Program-made: the position numbers and the translations under genes
Virus record (IMG/VR): IMGVR_UViG_3300021137_000001
Span: 1 to 64,000 of that record
Length of the DNA stretch: 64,000 bases
Strand: one strand, 5' to 3'
Notes under the pieces: generated by a model
Database searches by the model: none
Seen by the model: the letters and a program-made list of their open reading frames with translations, nothing else
What the model was told of the DNA's origin: nothing
Part shown: piece after piece, positions 30,748 to 40,804 of the stretch
Numbering within the stretch: position 1 is the stretch's first letter
Layout of the letters: each line of letters opens with the position of its first letter

Positions 30748-31504
30748 TAGAGTTGTGCTTGTAACGGGCGGGTTTGACTGCTTGCATAGCGGGCATATTG
30801 CCTACTTCAAAGCTGCTAAAGCACTTGGGCATATACTTGTTGTTGGAGTAAACAGTGATGCTTGGATTGCTCGTAAGAAGGGCCGAGCATTTATGCCAAG
30901 CACTGAGCGTATTGCTATTATTGAAAACTTAAAGATGGTTGATCATTGTATATTGTTTAACGACGATGATGATACTGCAATCGAAGCAATTAATAACGTT
31001 AAAGCAATGTACCCAAACAGCGAGATAGTATTTGCTAACGGCGGCGATAGAACAGAATATAACATTCCTGAGATGAAATGTGCAGATGTTGCATTTGCAT
31101 TTGGCGTTGGCGGCAAGGATAAGCTCAATAGTAGCAGTTGGATATTAGATGAGTGGAAAGCGCCTAAAACTCTACGAGAATGGGGTTATTATCGTGTATT
31201 ACATGACGTTCCAGGTCTAAAAGTGAAAGAATTAACCATCGATCCGGGCAAGCGCCTAAGTATGCAGAAACATTACGATAGATCCGAGTTATGGTTTATT
31301 GCAGATGGCGAAGCAACTGTTAGCGAGTACAGTATTGTTTACCCAACAACGCTACAAAATCCGCACCTACCCAAAAGTTCAACTCATCGCATACCAGAAG
31401 AACAATGGCATCAACTTGCTAACCCATATACTAGACCATGTCGCATAATTGAAATACAATATGGCGATCAATGTGTCGAAGAAGATATAGAAAGGAAAGA
31501 TTAA
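30740..31504 (+). CDS. Cytidylyltransferase-family domain fused to a cupin (mannose-6-phosphate isomerase type II-like)
   Basis: TGGFDCLHSGH (HIGH-like), GVNSD, NGGDR; REWGYY, LSMQKH, IEIQYG. Confidence 0.8.
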   Translation: MINRVVLVTGGFDCLHSGHIAYFKAAKALGHILVVGVNSDAWIARKKGRAFMPSTERIAIIENLKMVDHCILFNDDDDTAIEAINNVKAMYPNSEIVFANGGDRTEYNIPEMKCADVAFAFGVGGKDKLNSSSWILDEWKAPKTLREWGYYRVLHDVPGLKVKELTIDPGKRLSMQKHYDRSELWFIADGEATVSEYSIVYPTTLQNPHLPKSSTHRIPEEQWHQLANPYTRPCRIIEIQYGDQCVEEDIERKD

Positions 31505-33066
31505 TGTTTGACAATAGTAAGCCAAATATTATTTTATTAACAGATCACAGTGAGCCAATATTCATGCAGAAGTTGTTTGGGATTGCACGAGTTGCATCGG
31601 CCCTACGACAAGCAGGGTATCAGGTGGTTGTTATTAATCATTTGCATATATGGACTCCTGATGAACTTATGACTACACTTAGTCATTTAATTTCATCTCA
31701 CACATTGTTTGTAGGGTTTAATTCTATATTTTATCGTGATTTAGAAAATGTAATTACCCGAGACGATGGTCATATCGAGTGGCCGTTATGTAAACCTGGA
31801 TCTATGTTACCACATGCACACAGTCTGAATCGACGAGTAGTGCAGACTATTAAAACCGCAAATCCTAATTGTAAAATAGTATTGGGTGGTCCTGATGCTG
31901 CTGATGCTAGTTGGAATAAAGATTATGAGTATGTAGTATGTGGTTATGCAGATATGAGTATAGTTAATCTTGCAAATCATTTATTAAATGGCGAAAAACT
32001 TAATAAATCATATAGAAGCATTAATGGATTTATTATAATAAATGATAGTAAAGCAGATGGGTTTGATATAGCAACATCTAGGACATCGTACGAAACATAT
32101 GATGTAGTATTACCAGGAGAAACATTACCTATTGAGATTGCTCGTGGCTGCATATTCCAGTGTGCATTTTGTAGTTATCCATTAAATGGTAAAAAGAAAT
32201 TAGATTTTATTCGTAGTGAAGAATTCTTATATAATGAATTTTTAGAAAACTACGAAAAATATCAAGTAACTAGATATATATTCTCCGATGATACCTTTAA
32301 TGATAGCGTGGATAAAGTGCAGATGATGTATAATGTTTCAAAACGCTTGCCTTTTAAATTGGAATATTGGGCATATATAAGATTAGATTTAATCTCGGCC
32401 CATCCAGAAACAGCTGATTTACTGTTAGACAGTGGCATGCGTGGAGCCTACATGGGTATCGAATCGTGGAATAAAATCACCGGTGAAATCATTGGCAAGG
32501 GCATGGCTAAAGAAAAGCAACTTGCAACCTTACGATACCTTAAAGGTAAGTGGGGAAATCAAATAATGCTACACGGTTCTTTTATGGTTGGCTTACCGGA
32601 AGAAAGCGTAGAATCAGTAACTGACACCTTTAATACTTTAATGACTGATGATTCTCCACTTGATTCTTGGATATTTCGAGGATTTAACATGGAAGATAAA
32701 GCCGCCAAATCAAATGAATTTTACAGTAAGATAACATTAGATCCTAAGGGCTATGGATATCGAATATTAGGCAAACAAGATCATTTGCTAGCATGGGAAA
32801 ATGATTATATGGATTGGAAAAAAGCAACAGAACTTGCCAACCATTTTACATTGTCTGGCAGAACAGTTCGATCTGTTAAAATTGGAGGATTGGGATCATT
32901 TTCTATTGCTAGCCTTGGATTTGATTTAGAATTTTCGACAAATAAATATGTTTCAGACTTTGATTGGAATCAAGTTGATATGCGTAAACAACAGCGAGCA
33001 ACGGAATATAAACATAAATTTTTCAAAGAACTACGTATACCTATTGATATAGAACGAAAAGAATAA
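31504..33066 (+). CDS. Radical SAM protein with B12-binding-like N-terminus
   Basis: RGCIFQCAFC (CxxxCxxC), FSDDTF, MGIES, FMVGLP. Confidence 0.8.
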   Translation: MFDNSKPNIILLTDHSEPIFMQKLFGIARVASALRQAGYQVVVINHLHIWTPDELMTTLSHLISSHTLFVGFNSIFYRDLENVITRDDGHIEWPLCKPGSMLPHAHSLNRRVVQTIKTANPNCKIVLGGPDAADASWNKDYEYVVCGYADMSIVNLANHLLNGEKLNKSYRSINGFIIINDSKADGFDIATSRTSYETYDVVLPGETLPIEIARGCIFQCAFCSYPLNGKKKLDFIRSEEFLYNEFLENYEKYQVTRYIFSDDTFNDSVDKVQMMYNVSKRLPFKLEYWAYIRLDLISAHPETADLLLDSGMRGAYMGIESWNKITGEIIGKGMAKEKQLATLRYLKGKWGNQIMLHGSFMVGLPEESVESVTDTFNTLMTDDSPLDSWIFRGFNMEDKAAKSNEFYSKITLDPKGYGYRILGKQDHLLAWENDYMDWKKATELANHFTLSGRTVRSVKIGGLGSFSIASLGFDLEFSTNKYVSDFDWNQVDMRKQQRATEYKHKFFKELRIPIDIERKE

Positions 33067-33076
33067 TAAATACATT

Positions 33077-34234
33077 ATGCGCAAATTTATTGACCTCATT
33101 TTAGAAGCTGAATCTATTCTTAAACAACAAGTAGTTGATTTAGTACACCAAACCAACGATCCACAAATATTACACAAAGTACTATTAGCGTTAAAGTCTA
33201 CTGACTTAGGTGCAAAACTTAAACAAGTACTTAAACAGGATGTTGATGCTAACAAGATGGTAGATAAGTTGGCTAATTTAATTGTACATGTTGATGGTAC
33301 CGTTGAAGAAAAAGAAAAATTTGCAGACGAATATCCAAATGGCTTTGTTGATACTACTACGTTACTGAATGGTAAGAGAAATAGTTTTACTGATATCATT
33401 GAAGCTGGCTTCCCAGATCGAGTATTTCGTTTACTTGCAATTGAATTAACAGCACAGGGTGTTGGACCAGGGGAAATTGCACTAGCAATACTAAGTCCTA
33501 AGATTAAACATAGTGGCCGTGCAAGTGGTGGCGGCGATTTGAATATTGATGGTAAGGCAGTTGAAGTTAAGACTACAGTAAGCAAAGGTGGCCGCTGGAG
33601 CGACGCACGTAAAGCTAATTTAAACATGCGAGCTATTAGAGATGCAATTGCTGAAATAGTAGTAGCAAACGGTATTGAAATGCCAGCACGAGTAGGGATT
33701 ACGTTTTGGGTTAATACAGTACGTCCTTTGATACAGGATGATTCGACAGCACTCGACAAAGTAACAACAATTATGGCCGATGGATTGTTTTCACATGTTA
33801 ATAACTCAGAGTATAAAGAATCACTACAAACTGGTGACGCCGGTGCCATCAAAGAAGCAGTATTGAGTACAGGATATGATAATTATAAAAAATATGCTGG
33901 ATTTGATGGTATGCTATTGCTAGATGTGCGCGGCGGTGGATCTGCGCAGTATTTTGAAACATACGACGATATGCGCGGTCAAATTAATGCGTCGACTATC
34001 TATCTAATGGCACCAGAATCAGAGGCTATGCCACAAATAGTATTGTCAACTTCGTCAAATGGTGCAGAACAATTTACAGGAATTGCGCCCCAATCCAGTA
34101 AAGAAACAGCAGATGCAATACGTAAGCAAGTAGATAACATAACTGCACCAACTACAGGACTTAGACCACCCGGAACAGTGACAGCTCCACGTGCTCAGAG
34201 GACAGTATCAGACATACCAAGAGAAAAACGATAG
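33077..34234 (+). CDS. Late protein with putative PD-(D/E)xK nuclease domain
   Basis: GVGPGE...GDLNIDGKAVEVK; N-terminus MRKFIDLILE; TAAATA at 33067. Confidence 0.5.
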   Translation: MRKFIDLILEAESILKQQVVDLVHQTNDPQILHKVLLALKSTDLGAKLKQVLKQDVDANKMVDKLANLIVHVDGTVEEKEKFADEYPNGFVDTTTLLNGKRNSFTDIIEAGFPDRVFRLLAIELTAQGVGPGEIALAILSPKIKHSGRASGGGDLNIDGKAVEVKTTVSKGGRWSDARKANLNMRAIRDAIAEIVVANGIEMPARVGITFWVNTVRPLIQDDSTALDKVTTIMADGLFSHVNNSEYKESLQTGDAGAIKEAVLSTGYDNYKKYAGFDGMLLLDVRGGGSAQYFETYDDMRGQINASTIYLMAPESEAMPQIVLSTSSNGAEQFTGIAPQSSKETADAIRKQVDNITAPTTGLRPPGTVTAPRAQRTVSDIPREKR

Positions 34235-34241
34235 ATTCTCT

Positions 34242-34266
34242 AAAAAGGCACTTCGGTGCCTTTTTT
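34242..34266 (+). terminator. Rho-independent terminator
   Basis: AAAAAGGCAC-TTCG-GTGCC followed by a T run. Confidence 0.85.
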
Positions 34267-34267
34267 A

Positions 34268-34296
34268 TTGACTTCATTTTCTAAAGGCTATATAAT
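34268..34296 (+). promoter_or_regulatory. Sigma70-type promoter
   Basis: TTGACT-17nt-TATAAT; ATG follows 6 nt later. Confidence 0.8.
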
Positions 34297-34302
34297 AGTA
34301 CT

Positions 34303-34542
34303 ATGAACTACACATTAGAACAAATTATAGCACTAGCACAAGAAGTTGAAACAACTGATGCAATTGATTGGGAAAACTTGCCGCTTAATAAAGATCATAT
34401 ATATCAAATGGTTGGCAGTCAAGCATACGAACTATATAAGCAACACGCCGATACAGAAGATGGCGAAGCAATTATAGTAGCAACAATAACTAAACTGTTA
34501 GTAGAAAATTTTGTACTAAATCTCAAAGTTGAATCACGATAA
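34303..34542 (+). CDS. Hypothetical protein
   Basis: ORF at the predicted +1. Confidence 0.6.
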   Translation: MNYTLEQIIALAQEVETTDAIDWENLPLNKDHIYQMVGSQAYELYKQHADTEDGEAIIVATITKLLVENFVLNLKVESR

Positions 34543-34555
34543 GGAGTATTACAGC

Positions 34556-34765
34556 ATGGCTAAAACAAATGCAAGTTTTAAATTAGGTAAGATGGTTAAA
34601 TTAACATTGTCTACAATTGATGACAAAGAATCACGTCGTTTATATTTGAAAGCAATGGTTGATGCACAGCAATCATTTATGGAATCAAAGAACAAAAAGT
34701 TCTCTGAATTACGCTCAACACCAGCTAACGGCGGACAAGCACGTCAGCAACAACCAGCTAAGTAA
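34556..34765 (+). CDS. Hypothetical basic protein
   Basis: AAGGAG at 34541 before the ATG at 34556. Confidence 0.6.
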   Translation: MAKTNASFKLGKMVKLTLSTIDDKESRRLYLKAMVDAQQSFMESKNKKFSELRSTPANGGQARQQQPAK

Positions 34766-35310
34766 TGCAGGTACATAATCTTATTGGCGGAGCAAAGCTA
34801 CTTATGTTTGCTCGCCATGCAGATAGTAGAGGCTGGTTTGCTGAAAGTTGGTCGAACAAATGGATGGAAGAATACGGAATTGCAAAACCATTTGTTCAAT
34901 CCAACACAGTGCGCACTGAACTAAAACATACTATTCGTGGATTGCACACACAAATCCCACCTCACCAAACTTCCAAGTTATTGCAAGTTATACGTGGTGC
35001 GGTGTTGGATGTGTTTGTTGATGCACGTGTAGATTCAGTAACGTATGGGCAATGGGGCTCAGTTACCCTAAGCGAAGATACTGCACAATTAATTTACGTA
35101 CCCGATGGATTTTATCACGGCTATATGACATTAGTTGATAATACTATTGTACACTATCAACAGGATGAATTTTACTCATCCGATTCGGATCACGGCTTAC
35201 TATGGAATGATTCAACAATAAACATAGAATGGGGGCTAAATGGTGCAATACCGATAGTTTCTAGCAAAGATACTGCCCAACCGACGTGGAATCTTGCCAA
35301 AAAGTTCTAA
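34765..35310 (+). CDS. rfbC: dTDP-4-dehydrorhamnose 3,5-epimerase
   Basis: DSRGWFAE, TIRGLH, DVFVDAR, YVPDGFYHGY, LLWND. Confidence 0.88.
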   Translation: MQVHNLIGGAKLLMFARHADSRGWFAESWSNKWMEEYGIAKPFVQSNTVRTELKHTIRGLHTQIPPHQTSKLLQVIRGAVLDVFVDARVDSVTYGQWGSVTLSEDTAQLIYVPDGFYHGYMTLVDNTIVHYQQDEFYSSDSDHGLLWNDSTINIEWGLNGAIPIVSSKDTAQPTWNLAKKF

Positions 35311-35315
35311 AAAGG

Positions 35316-35345
35316 TTGACATTGTGCTTGCAAATATGCTATTAT
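35316..35345 (+). promoter_or_regulatory. Possible sigma70 promoter
   Basis: TTGACA-18nt-TATTAT. Confidence 0.5.
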
Positions 35346-35379
35346 TGTAAGATAAACAATTAATCAATGAGGTAACACT

Positions 35380-35535
35380 ATGTTTGAATCAATCGAAATT
35401 AGAAAAGTAGCAAATGGTTTTATTGTAATTTTAAATACCGAAGATGACGCTAAAGAGTTTGTATTTGATACAAGTCGCAAAGCAGTTAAGTTCATTCGTG
35501 AATACGTAGAAGGTAAAGTATCACAACCAGCATAA
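35380..35535 (+). CDS. Small hypothetical protein (51 aa, MFESIEIRKVANGFIV...)
   Basis: Not in the ORF track; GAGG RBS; translated by hand. Confidence 0.65.
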   Translation: MFESIEIRKVANGFIVILNTEDDAKEFVFDTSRKAVKFIREYVEGKVSQPA

Positions 35536-35601
35536 TTTTATCTGTGTTATATGCTAAAATAAATACCATATAGCAGTAAATTCAACTAAAAGGAACATTC
35601 A

Positions 35602-36630
35602 ATGTCAAAAAACGTACTCGTAACGGGTGGCGCAGGTTTTGTAGCCCATCACGTTATTGAAAACTTACTTAGAAATACTGATTGGAATATTATCAGTCTT
35701 GATCGCTTAGATTTCTCAGGCAACTTAAATCGCCTTGCAGATATGATGGATCAATTTGATGCGACAACTAAAAAACGTGTACGGGTTGTGCATCACGATT
35801 TACGTGCAGAACTTAACTCAATGTTACAATATGATTTAGGTGATGTTAATCTTGTATTACACTTAGCGGCAGGTTCTCACGTTGATCGCAGTATTGCCGA
35901 TCCAATGAGCTTTGTGCTTGATAACGTTGTAGGTACTTGTAATATTCTAAACTATGCACGTACACTTCCTAACTTAGAACGCTTTATCTACTTCTCAACA
36001 GATGAGATCTTCGGCGCAGCTCCTCCTGGTATTAATTATGGTGAGCGCGACCGTTACAACTCAACTAACCCATACTCTGCTACTAAAGCAGGCGGTGAAG
36101 AACTTGCAGTTGCATACGAAAATACATATAAAATGCCAATCTTCATTACACACACGATGAACGTGTTTGGTGAAAGACAGCATCCAGAGAAATTTATCCC
36201 AATGTGTGTACGTAAAGTATTAGATGGTGACACAATTACTGTACATAGTGATGTTAGTCGCACAGTAGCAGGTAGTAGACATTATATCCATGCCGCAGAC
36301 GTTGCAGATGCAATGCACTTCTTGTTAAACTTAGATGATGCTAAACTTACTACTGACTTTGGCGGCGCCAAATGTCCTAAGTTCAACTTAGTAGGTAAAG
36401 AAGAAATCGATAATTTAACGCTTGCTAAAATTATTGCGCAAGTACAAGGCAAAGAACTAAAATACGAATTAGTGGATTGTCATAGTTCACGTCCAGGACA
36501 TGATTTACGTTATGCATTAAGTGGTGACTACATGCGCAGTTTAGGATGGGAACCAAAGTATTCATTAAGCCAACGTATTGGTGAAGTAGTTGAGTGGACA
36601 CTTGCAAATGAGAGATGGTTAAGATGCTAA
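35602..36630 (+). CDS. rfbB: dTDP-glucose 4,6-dehydratase-like (extended SDR)
   Basis: TGGAGFVA, LAAGSHVDRS, STDE, PYSATK, RPGHDLRYA; TAAATA at 35570. Confidence 0.88.
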   Translation: MSKNVLVTGGAGFVAHHVIENLLRNTDWNIISLDRLDFSGNLNRLADMMDQFDATTKKRVRVVHHDLRAELNSMLQYDLGDVNLVLHLAAGSHVDRSIADPMSFVLDNVVGTCNILNYARTLPNLERFIYFSTDEIFGAAPPGINYGERDRYNSTNPYSATKAGGEELAVAYENTYKMPIFITHTMNVFGERQHPEKFIPMCVRKVLDGDTITVHSDVSRTVAGSRHYIHAADVADAMHFLLNLDDAKLTTDFGGAKCPKFNLVGKEEIDNLTLAKIIAQVQGKELKYELVDCHSSRPGHDLRYALSGDYMRSLGWEPKYSLSQRIGEVVEWTLANERWLRC

Positions 36631-37286
36631 GAGATATATTTGATAATTTAGATTTACATTGCGGTAAATGGTCTGAGTACTTTGACATTTATGAACGACA
36701 TTTTGCAAAATATCAAAACAGAAAACCAGTTGTAGTCGAAGTTGGTATCTGTAGGGGCGGAAGTGCTGAGATGTGGAAGAAGTATTTTGGTACTGATGCT
36801 ACTATTGTCGGCATCGATGTTGATCCAGTGTCATTTGAACAACGCCATCAAACTGAAGGTTGCATACAAGTAAATGGCAATCAAGGTGACCCTGCATTTT
36901 GGCAAGAGTTTCTAAAAACATATCCGCAAATTGATGTGTTCTTAGACGATGGTGGTCATCATATGAGTCAACAGATTGTTACGTTGCAACAAGTATGGCC
37001 ACATATTGTTAATGGTGGTGTTTATATGTGTGAAGATACACATACTGCATACTGGCCAGAATATGGCGGCGGACTTAATAACCCACGTAGCTTTCTTGAA
37101 TATGCAAAACAAATTTCAGATACAATGAATGTTAATTACTATCGTGGCAATGACCGTCACCCTGATAATATTGCACTTGCTAAATTCTTTAAAGAACTAA
37201 CCGGCATGCATTTTTATGATAGCATTGTAGTAATGGACAAAAATGTCCGTAAAGAACAAATTCTTGTAACGAGTACACCAATATAA
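36615..37286 (+). CDS. SAM-dependent methyltransferase (Methyltransf_24-like)
   Basis: VEVGICRGGS, IDVFLDDGGH, GGVYMCED. Confidence 0.75.
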   Translation: MVKMLRDIFDNLDLHCGKWSEYFDIYERHFAKYQNRKPVVVEVGICRGGSAEMWKKYFGTDATIVGIDVDPVSFEQRHQTEGCIQVNGNQGDPAFWQEFLKTYPQIDVFLDDGGHHMSQQIVTLQQVWPHIVNGGVYMCEDTHTAYWPEYGGGLNNPRSFLEYAKQISDTMNVNYYRGNDRHPDNIALAKFFKELTGMHFYDSIVVMDKNVRKEQILVTSTPI

Positions 37287-38023
37287 TGAAAAACACAGTC
37301 CTAGTAACATCGGCAGTATATACTAACTATGGTATATACGATACTAAACAGCGTATACAACAAACATTAGATACCGTTAAAAGCGCACGTAAGTATATCC
37401 CAGATTGTACTATTATTCTAATTGACAATAGCACTACTGCAATTGCGCAAGACGACAGTACAGAACTAAATGAACTAATTGATATTGTTGATTACTATAT
37501 CGACAATAGTGATGACAAAGACATACAGCACTTCCATAACAATATTACTAATTACGACATTGGTAAGAACTCAATGGAGTGTATTGGTATGTACAAAGCA
37601 CTTGCTTACATGTCGTCTAATGCAGAGATAATGGATATTATTACAAGCTCATCACGCATATTTAAACTTAGTGGTCGTTATCAAGTTACTGATAAGTTTG
37701 ACATTACTAAGTTTGATAATGAAACAACTGTGGACAAATATGTGTTTAAGAAGGCACAAGCAAGTTGGATTGCAGAAGCTGATACCGGTGTAACTACATT
37801 GTTACAAACTCGTCTGTGGTCATTTACTCCGAGTTTGTTTGTTGATACAGTTCAGTTGTTTCAAAACATTCTAAAAAATATGTTTTCTACTATTAATAAC
37901 GGCAAGTACATTGATGTCGAGCATAGTATGGCTAAGTTCATTCCAGCAGACAAGTTAGTTGAACTCGACACAGTTGGATTAATTGGTAATATTGCTCCAA
38001 ACGGTATGGTAGTAGTTGATTAG
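37286..38023 (+). CDS. Glycosyltransferase-like hypothetical protein
   Basis: LIDNS and IFKLSGRY motifs; sugar-cluster context. Confidence 0.45.
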   Translation: MKNTVLVTSAVYTNYGIYDTKQRIQQTLDTVKSARKYIPDCTIILIDNSTTAIAQDDSTELNELIDIVDYYIDNSDDKDIQHFHNNITNYDIGKNSMECIGMYKALAYMSSNAEIMDIITSSSRIFKLSGRYQVTDKFDITKFDNETTVDKYVFKKAQASWIAEADTGVTTLLQTRLWSFTPSLFVDTVQLFQNILKNMFSTINNGKYIDVEHSMAKFIPADKLVELDTVGLIGNIAPNGMVVVD

Positions 38024-38024
38024 C

Positions 38025-39227
38025 ATGGAACACGCAAAAGAACTTAACGAATGTTTATGTTGTGGAAGTAAACAGTTGACATTGGTGATGGATTTAGGCG
38101 AGCAACCACTTGCTAATAGCTTTATCGACGATACTGCTATTCCTGAATATATATTTCCATTACAAGTAAATCTTTGTACGGATTGTACTCATTTGCAATT
38201 AAGTCATGCAGTAAATCCAGACTTAATGTTTAAAAATTATCTATATGTAAGTGGTACAAGCAAAACATTGCGTGACTACTTTGATAGTTTTGCTAAGTCG
38301 ACGTTGGATTATTTTACAACACCACCAACGACTATGTTAGATATTGCATGCAATGATGGTTCGCAATTGAATTCATTTAAAGCATTAGGATTAAAAACAT
38401 ACGGAATTGATCCTGCTCGTAACTTGTATATGTTAAGTAGTGCCAAACATGAAGTGGTTTGTGATTACTTTACGGAAGAATATGTAGAGCATTTTAAATC
38501 TAAACATATAGATATTATTAACGCACAAAATGTATTTGCGCATACAAGTTATCCGTTAGAGTTTTTAATGATGTGTAAAGAAATTATGCATGACAATAGT
38601 CGCTTGTTCTTACAAACAAGTCAGGCTAACATGGTGCACAATGATGAATTTGATACTGTGTACCATGAGCATTTAAGTTTCTTTAATGTTGCAAGTATGC
38701 AGGCACTAGCTATTCGTGCAGGGCTGTATTTAATTGATGTAGAGAAAACTCCAATTCACGGAATTAGTTATAAATTTGTGTTTGCTACAGTGCCAGACTT
38801 TAAGTCGGGAGTCGAACAACACCTGGCAGAAGAACGTGCATGGGGATTACAAGAGATTGATACGTACACTACGTGGGCAGAAAAATGTCAACAAGGGGTT
38901 GATGTACTTAAAGAAAAGATTAAGGAATATCGAGCTGAAGGATATGTAATCGCTGGCTATGGTGCCGCTGCAAAAGGTATGACATTACTCAACTTTGGTA
39001 ATATACAATTAGATTTTATCATTGACGATAATCCATTGAAACAAAATTTGTTTACGCCAGGTATGCATATTCCTGTAGTATCAATTGACATACTTAAAGA
39101 AGTTGAAGATATGAATGTAGCATTTATTCCGCTAGCATGGAATTTCTTTGATGAAATAAGTGCAAACATTCGGCTAGTACGTAATAAAGAAGGTGACGTA
39201 TTTCTTAAATACGCACCAGGTAACTAA
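38025..39227 (+). CDS. NDP-hexose C-methyltransferase-like protein
   Basis: N-terminal CxxC...DLGEQPLANSF...CxxC, DIACNDG, YHEHLSFF, GYGAAAKG, IDDNPLKQ. Confidence 0.8.
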   Translation: MEHAKELNECLCCGSKQLTLVMDLGEQPLANSFIDDTAIPEYIFPLQVNLCTDCTHLQLSHAVNPDLMFKNYLYVSGTSKTLRDYFDSFAKSTLDYFTTPPTTMLDIACNDGSQLNSFKALGLKTYGIDPARNLYMLSSAKHEVVCDYFTEEYVEHFKSKHIDIINAQNVFAHTSYPLEFLMMCKEIMHDNSRLFLQTSQANMVHNDEFDTVYHEHLSFFNVASMQALAIRAGLYLIDVEKTPIHGISYKFVFATVPDFKSGVEQHLAEERAWGLQEIDTYTTWAEKCQQGVDVLKEKIKEYRAEGYVIAGYGAAAKGMTLLNFGNIQLDFIIDDNPLKQNLFTPGMHIPVVSIDILKEVEDMNVAFIPLAWNFFDEISANIRLVRNKEGDVFLKYAPGN

Positions 39228-39228
39228 T

Positions 39229-40008
39229 ATGAAGAAAACAGTTGTTTGTACTTTTTATAATGAAGAATATATATTACCGTGGTTTTTAAAACATAATCGT
39301 GAAGTGTTCGACCATGGCGTTATGATTGACTATCACAGCACCGACAGAAGTAGAGAAATTATTAAAGAACTATGCCCAACTTGGGATATAGTAATGAGTC
39401 GAAACTTTGATTTCCAAGCCGATAAAGTAGATCGAGAAATAATGGATGTTGAGAACCAATTTGATGGTTGGAAGATGTGCCTTAACGCAACTGAATTGTT
39501 AGTAGGTGATTATTCTATATTAGGTGATCAACCTGGGCAATTTCTTGTGCCAAGTGTGTTTATGGTTGATTGCGATAAAGAACGACTAGTTACACATGAT
39601 CTTCCTTTATATGAACAAAAGACTTTTGGATTTACATTTGATACACAGCAAAACTTTTTAGAACGACGGGCTCGCAGCATACATAGTATACCTGTGCAAT
39701 ACGCACTTCAATCTACAGTTGAGTGTATGGGTCCGGGAAGACATTTTAACAAGTACACAACGGATAAGTTAGCAGTATTTTATTACGGTTGGGCTCCATT
39801 GGATGAACAGGGTATGAAACGTAAGTTACAAATCCAAACACAAACTCCTTTACATGATAGACAACGCGGATGGGGATTTCATCACATAACAAACAAAGAA
39901 ACAGTCGAGTATAGATTAGAAAATGAATTTATACCACGCAGTCGAGACTTAACACAGGAAATTGCAAAATATGTCACTAAACATAAAAATCTTTCAAATA
40001 TACTTTAA
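39229..40008 (+). CDS. GT-A-fold glycosyltransferase (family 2-like)
   Basis: FYNEEYILPWFLKH, IDYHSTD. Confidence 0.7.
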   Translation: MKKTVVCTFYNEEYILPWFLKHNREVFDHGVMIDYHSTDRSREIIKELCPTWDIVMSRNFDFQADKVDREIMDVENQFDGWKMCLNATELLVGDYSILGDQPGQFLVPSVFMVDCDKERLVTHDLPLYEQKTFGFTFDTQQNFLERRARSIHSIPVQYALQSTVECMGPGRHFNKYTTDKLAVFYYGWAPLDEQGMKRKLQIQTQTPLHDRQRGWGFHHITNKETVEYRLENEFIPRSRDLTQEIAKYVTKHKNLSNIL

Positions 40009-40804
40009 GCCAGAACAAGTTGCAACGTTAGATCCAGCATTTACTCCACTTGATAACACAGTAAACCTTAAACCAGAGTTGCGCGAGTGGGCAATATGGG
40101 AACAGGAATATGAACGTATATGTGCAGAAGGATTGGACTACTGGGGCTTTGTATCTTGGAAGTTTAAAGAGAAAACAAATCTAAGCGGTGAACAGTTACT
40201 GGCTTTTATTACTGATAATCCCGGTGCTGACTTATACTTTGTTAACCCATGCTTAGTAAATGAAGCGTTATTTGCTAACAGTTGGGAACAAGGCGATATA
40301 CACCACCCTAACATCTCTGCAATTGGCAACAGCTTTCTAACTAAGATCGGTTACGAAGATGTTGATGTACGCAGTATGGTACTTGATCGTAACTGTACTA
40401 TGTTTGCTAACTACATTGTTGGTAGTAGAGCATTCTGGGATAAGTTTATGACATTTACACGTCGACTATTTACAGAAGCAGAAAAAGACCCTGTGTTCAA
40501 ACAGCAAGTATTTGGTGAGGGTATGAGTAACTATGCGCATGATAAAACTCTACCTAACTTTACATTTTTAATTGAACGCTTAATCCCAACGTTTATTGAT
40601 CTTGAGAAGATTTCTGCACTTGCATACCAATACACGCCAGAAACTATACTTGAAAAATATCAGCCATATTTAGGCGAGTTACGAGCATTATCGAACCTAA
40701 AAGTACTCATAAATCAGTATAATAGTGATGATTTGTACGACATTTGGAACCATTATAGACATAGCCTACTACAGCGTCACCCTGGGATATTGGGGTTAGA
40801 ATGA
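39962..40804 (+). CDS. Glycosyltransferase-like hypothetical protein
   Basis: DYWGFVSWKF, ANYIVG and IERL motifs; context. Confidence 0.45.
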   Translation: MQNMSLNIKIFQIYFKPEQVATLDPAFTPLDNTVNLKPELREWAIWEQEYERICAEGLDYWGFVSWKFKEKTNLSGEQLLAFITDNPGADLYFVNPCLVNEALFANSWEQGDIHHPNISAIGNSFLTKIGYEDVDVRSMVLDRNCTMFANYIVGSRAFWDKFMTFTRRLFTEAEKDPVFKQQVFGEGMSNYAHDKTLPNFTFLIERLIPTFIDLEKISALAYQYTPETILEKYQPYLGELRALSNLKVLINQYNSDDLYDIWNHYRHSLLQRHPGILGLE

